Shown: in pieces, positions 60,051 through 64,000 of the stretch | Layout: every line of letters starts with the position of its first letter | How positions within the stretch are numbered: the first letter of the stretch is position 1 | NCBI RefSeq assembly: GCF_009914755.1 | Contig: NC_060942.1 | Source of the DNA: the human T2T-CHM13v2.0 reference genome, Homo sapiens | Length of the DNA: 64,000 bases | Direction: 5' to 3' (one strand) | The notes under the pieces: model-generated | Databases searched by the model: none | What the model was told of the DNA's origin: nothing | The model's input: only the letters and a program-made list of their open reading frames with translations | Program-made: the position numbers and the translations under genes

Positions 60051-62479
60051 GTTTAGAGGATGTTTCCCTAGAATTATAATAGGCAGTATGAAGGTTGCTT
60101 TAAACTTCTGATATAAGCTATTTAGAAAAATGGTTTAGTCATAACTATAACCTCCCTGAGAATAGCAATGTATCTTAATCCTTTTTGCTTCCTTTAGTCT
60201 AAAACAGAGCCTAGAACATAAGACCTGATCAACTAAGGTTTGTTAAATAAACTGGAATATGTGGACGATCTCAGCAATCTGAATGATGCAGCACTGACAA
60301 AGTTGTTTGCTCTTCCTCAGCACTTCCAGTCCTCTTTGGCAACAATGCCAGCAGCCTTTATACCCTCTAAAGTAGCTGAATAGAGGAAAATGAAGACACC
60401 AATTCCTGCTAAATGTTTGTAAACTGGTGGATTAGTGGATTACTCCTTCAGAAACTTCTTTTTTTTTTTTTTTTTTACATCAAGAGCAGGCTGGATGTCA
60501 AGGATATGATTAAATGGGTTTTCTCATACCTTGCTCGTGGAAATGTAAATTGGTATAATCTTTATATCTGCATTTGGCTATTTTCAATGAGGTTTTAAAT
60601 GCCTATTCAGCAATTTAATTTTGGAAAAACTGCCTTAAATAAATTAATCTAACTATAGAAAAGAAGTTTTATGCACAAATATGTTAAGCCCAAAAATGTA
60701 TTTGTAGTAGCATAGAATTTTAAGATTACTATTGAACTTAAGAAAAAATTATACTCTGATGTGGTAAATCACTGCGTAGATCATAGAAAGACATTATTAC
60801 CAAGTTTTATTCCAAGAAGTATAAATTATCACTATTCCTAGACAATTTAAATATTGGTGCCATGTGTCTTTCCAAGGTCTCGTCAATTTCATTTAGTCTA
60901 GATTATATGATTCATACCTGTCTATAAAGAAAGGTAATGAATTTTTCAATTGCTTCTCATTTTATTTGGGGTTGATCTTTTAATACACTGATACTCTACT
61001 GGAAGGAGGGAATGAAACTCTCCAGAGGAATGCATGTTCAATATTACAATATTTTACGTTTCCAGTAGTGAGGGAAGGTATTAATTTCAAAATTATTTGA
61101 AGATCTAGAAAGTTGCTCCTAAAATTTTATTTTAATATAGAATCCTCTGATATTATTTGTACTTATAAATAACAATTACTCAAGATATTGAGGGAGTCAA
61201 AGATTTCCTATTTATGTCCTGTTATTCTGCCCAGAAAACATCAGTAGGTCAGACCAAATCAGGAAGTGGAAGGCAGATGACAAGAGTACTTATTTAAAGC
61301 TTATTTCATGTAAAAATGAAAAAATCCTGATGAAATCCATTTGGTGCATTTGGTGCTTTCAGAATTTTGTAAAGTGTTGTCACTGGGTTTGTGCAATGTC
61401 GAAAGGCAAATCCCACATCTGGAGGAAAGATGGCAGTAATTTAATAAAGCATTTGGCCTTTTCATATTAGCTATAATTCCATCTAGAGTTAATAAGGTTT
61501 TTTTTAATTAGTAAATCTCTTTGATGTCAAGATATGCATTGACGTAGTTAATTTACTTTTATTTGAAGTAGGCACTCTTGGGTCTCATTGACGTACATGT
61601 GAGATTTAGTGCCTTTGGTTTTTCAGGGAGCCCCCTCAGTAAGCAGTTTATATCACCTTTTCTCAGGATTAAAAAAACACTTAGAAGAGTGCAGTTGGCT
61701 AAGTGGGACTTTCTGCTTTCTTTACATTATATGGTCAAGGTATAAAATGAAACAATGACAAGGGAAATAGGGTTACTATCTTCTGGGATGAATTCGCATC
61801 AGACTCCCTGAGAAGTAAAGATGAGAATGTCCTATTATACTTTTCTGACTAAAGCAATAGAGAAGTTTAAAAGACAGGATAAGAGCTGAGAGAGAGAAAA
61901 CCTGAAAATGGGGAAAATGGAAAAGGAAAGTCAAGGTGGTGCAAAAGAAGTGGAGAGCTGTGGGGTGCCTGAGGCAAAAACCGAGCTATAGACAAGGGGA
62001 AGAACTGTGTTGCTGGGGGTTATCAGAACAGTAAAGGATATGCAGAAAACTTCAATCCAAAATGAGGGAGTTAGGCTTGTGAGAGGAGGGAGGGAAGGGG
62101 GAGGGAAATCATAAGATAAAATCTAACTTGTGGCAGTAAGTTTTATTTTCTTGAAAGTGGGTACAGGAATGTAAAATTTTCTTATGCCCTGAGAAATCCA
62201 TTATTGATGTTTGAGACCCCCAGCCAAATGTATTTTAGTCATCTGTAACGTACACCAGTGGGAACATTGCTTCATACATATGTAGATGCTAATTTAAGCC
62301 AACACGTATTCCATTTTAATTACTCGAGTACAAACATCTCACATTTTCCCTTTGGTATAAAATGGAAACTTTTATTGGTTGGTCCAGCAACAGGGGCTAC
62401 AATATATACAATATGAAGAAAGATTGAGTTGACATTCCATTATGAAACTTTAAGTGTCTACAAGATTACTGTAAAAGTC

Positions 62480-63900
62480 ATCTTAAAAATTATGAGTTAT
62501 GAATATGTTAGTTGTTTGGGGAGAACAAATTTTTGGTTTGGTTGTACATTTCCTCTATTTTCTATTTTATTAATTTCCAATAATTTATTTACCTTTCACT
62601 CTCTTCAGGTTTACTCTATTGTCTTTTAACTTCTGAGCTGAATTTTTAACTAGTTTATTTTCAACCCCTTTTATTCTTTTTTTTAAAAAATAAATGTATC
62701 TATAGGCTCCAAATTTCCTTCTAAGAACCACTTTGGCTCCATCCTATATGTTTTGATATATCAAAATATTTTGATGTAACCAAAATAATTTGTAAATTCT
62801 ATTATGAGTCCCTCTTTGATGAGTTATGAGGGATGTATTAAAACATAAACATCTTGATTTTTTTCCAATTATAGTTGACCCTTGAACAATGTGGAGGTTA
62901 GGGGGACTGACCCTCCGTGTAGTTGAAAATTCATATGTAATTTTTGACTCCCCCAAAACTTAACTACGAATAGCCTACTCTTGACCAGAATCCTTACCAA
63001 TAACATAAACGATCAATTAATACATATTTTCTTTGTTATGTATATTATATACTATATTCTTACCATAATGTAAGCTAGAGGAAAGAAAATGTTATTAAGA
63101 AAATCATAAGGAAGGTATATTTACTATTCATTAAGTGGAAGTGGATCATCATAAAAGCCTTTGTCCTCATCATCTTCACATTGAGTAGGCTGAGAAGGAG
63201 GAGGAAGAAAGGGGGTTGGTCTTGTTGTCTCGGGGGTGGGAGAGGTAGAAGAAAATCTCAGCATAAGTGGACCCACACAATTCAAATCCATGTTGTTCCA
63301 GGGACAACTGTATTGATTTCTAACTGTTGCTTTGTAGTCAAGAAATGTATTAAGTAGATAATTCTTCAAAATTTACTGGACTTCTTTTGTGACTCATTTG
63401 TGATCAATTTGCATAAATGTTTTATGTATACTTTAAAGTGTATATTTTCTCTTTGTTCACTGCAGGTTTTTATACTCACCCATTGTACAAGCTTATTAAT
63501 TTTACTGTTGAAATGTTCTCCATCCTTCTCACTTGTAAAATTGTGTTTGCTTGACATGTTTGTTTCTGATAGAGATTTGTTAAAATTGCCTACTATGATT
63601 TGGATTTGTCAGTTTCAACTTGTAACTGCCTTGTTTTTTTCATTTTGGTTTGTCATTGGGTTCATAAAAGTTTATGATTGTCATATCTTTTTGATGTCTT
63701 GTTCCTTCTATTCTTTTGTTACCCATCTTTATCTATATTTGCCTTGCATGTTGATATGCTACATCAGCCTTCTTTTGGGTGATGTTTGCCTAATATATAT
63801 TTCCCTTTTTTTTTTTAACATATTTCTGTGCCATTATGTTTTAGGAATGACTCCTAAAACAATGTGTAGCTGGATTTTCAAAAAATACAATCTAGTCTGA
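62480..63900 (-). mobile_element. Old L1M fragment (host of Tigger2a)
   Basis: T-rich reverse L1 ORF2-like sequence on both sides of the Tigger. Confidence 0.6.
62872..63310 (-). mobile_element. Tigger2a (TcMar-Tigger) nested in L1M
   Basis: TIRs TAGTTGACCCTTGAACAA / TTGTTCCAGGGACAACTG flanked by TA; acidic EDDEDK remnant. Confidence 0.88.
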
Positions 63901-64000
63901 GAAACAGGAGCACTTATTGTGGAAGAATGCCAGGTCTACTTAAGCCATTCCAATTTATCTATTGCCTTAATCTCCTTTGTCTGTTTTTTATAAAATTTCT

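Noticed and set aside
63400-63900. 166-aa hydrophobic ORF
   Set aside because: T-rich antisense strand of an old L1; compositional artefact.

Overview
AT-rich, repeat-dense primate DNA (human or close relative; Alu, L1, MIR, L2, MaLR and DNA-transposon fossils). The only real protein-coding sequence is the first coding exon of GAREM1 (FAM59A) on the minus strand (ATG at 48732, GT donor after 48612), inside a CpG-island promoter (~48.4-49.7 kb). Positions 1-48611 are GAREM1 intron 1, and no exon 2 was found in the window. Positions above ~49.2 kb are upstream DNA containing a full-length HMGN2 processed pseudogene and a 33-nt U2 snRNA retrocopy. Nearly all other ORFs in the track are spurious or repeat-derived. 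I found no novel gene system. The most unusual observations are two locally templated insertions: a 261-bp inverted copy of nearby DNA inside the HMGN2 pseudogene, and a ~70-bp direct copy inside an MLT1 LTR. Also notable are two uORFs in the GAREM1 leader, a sense-oriented THE1B LTR with an intact splice donor in intron 1, and several clean retrotransposition signatures. Gene and repeat-subfamily names are recognised from memory of reference sequences, not from a database search, and boundaries of old repeats are approximate.
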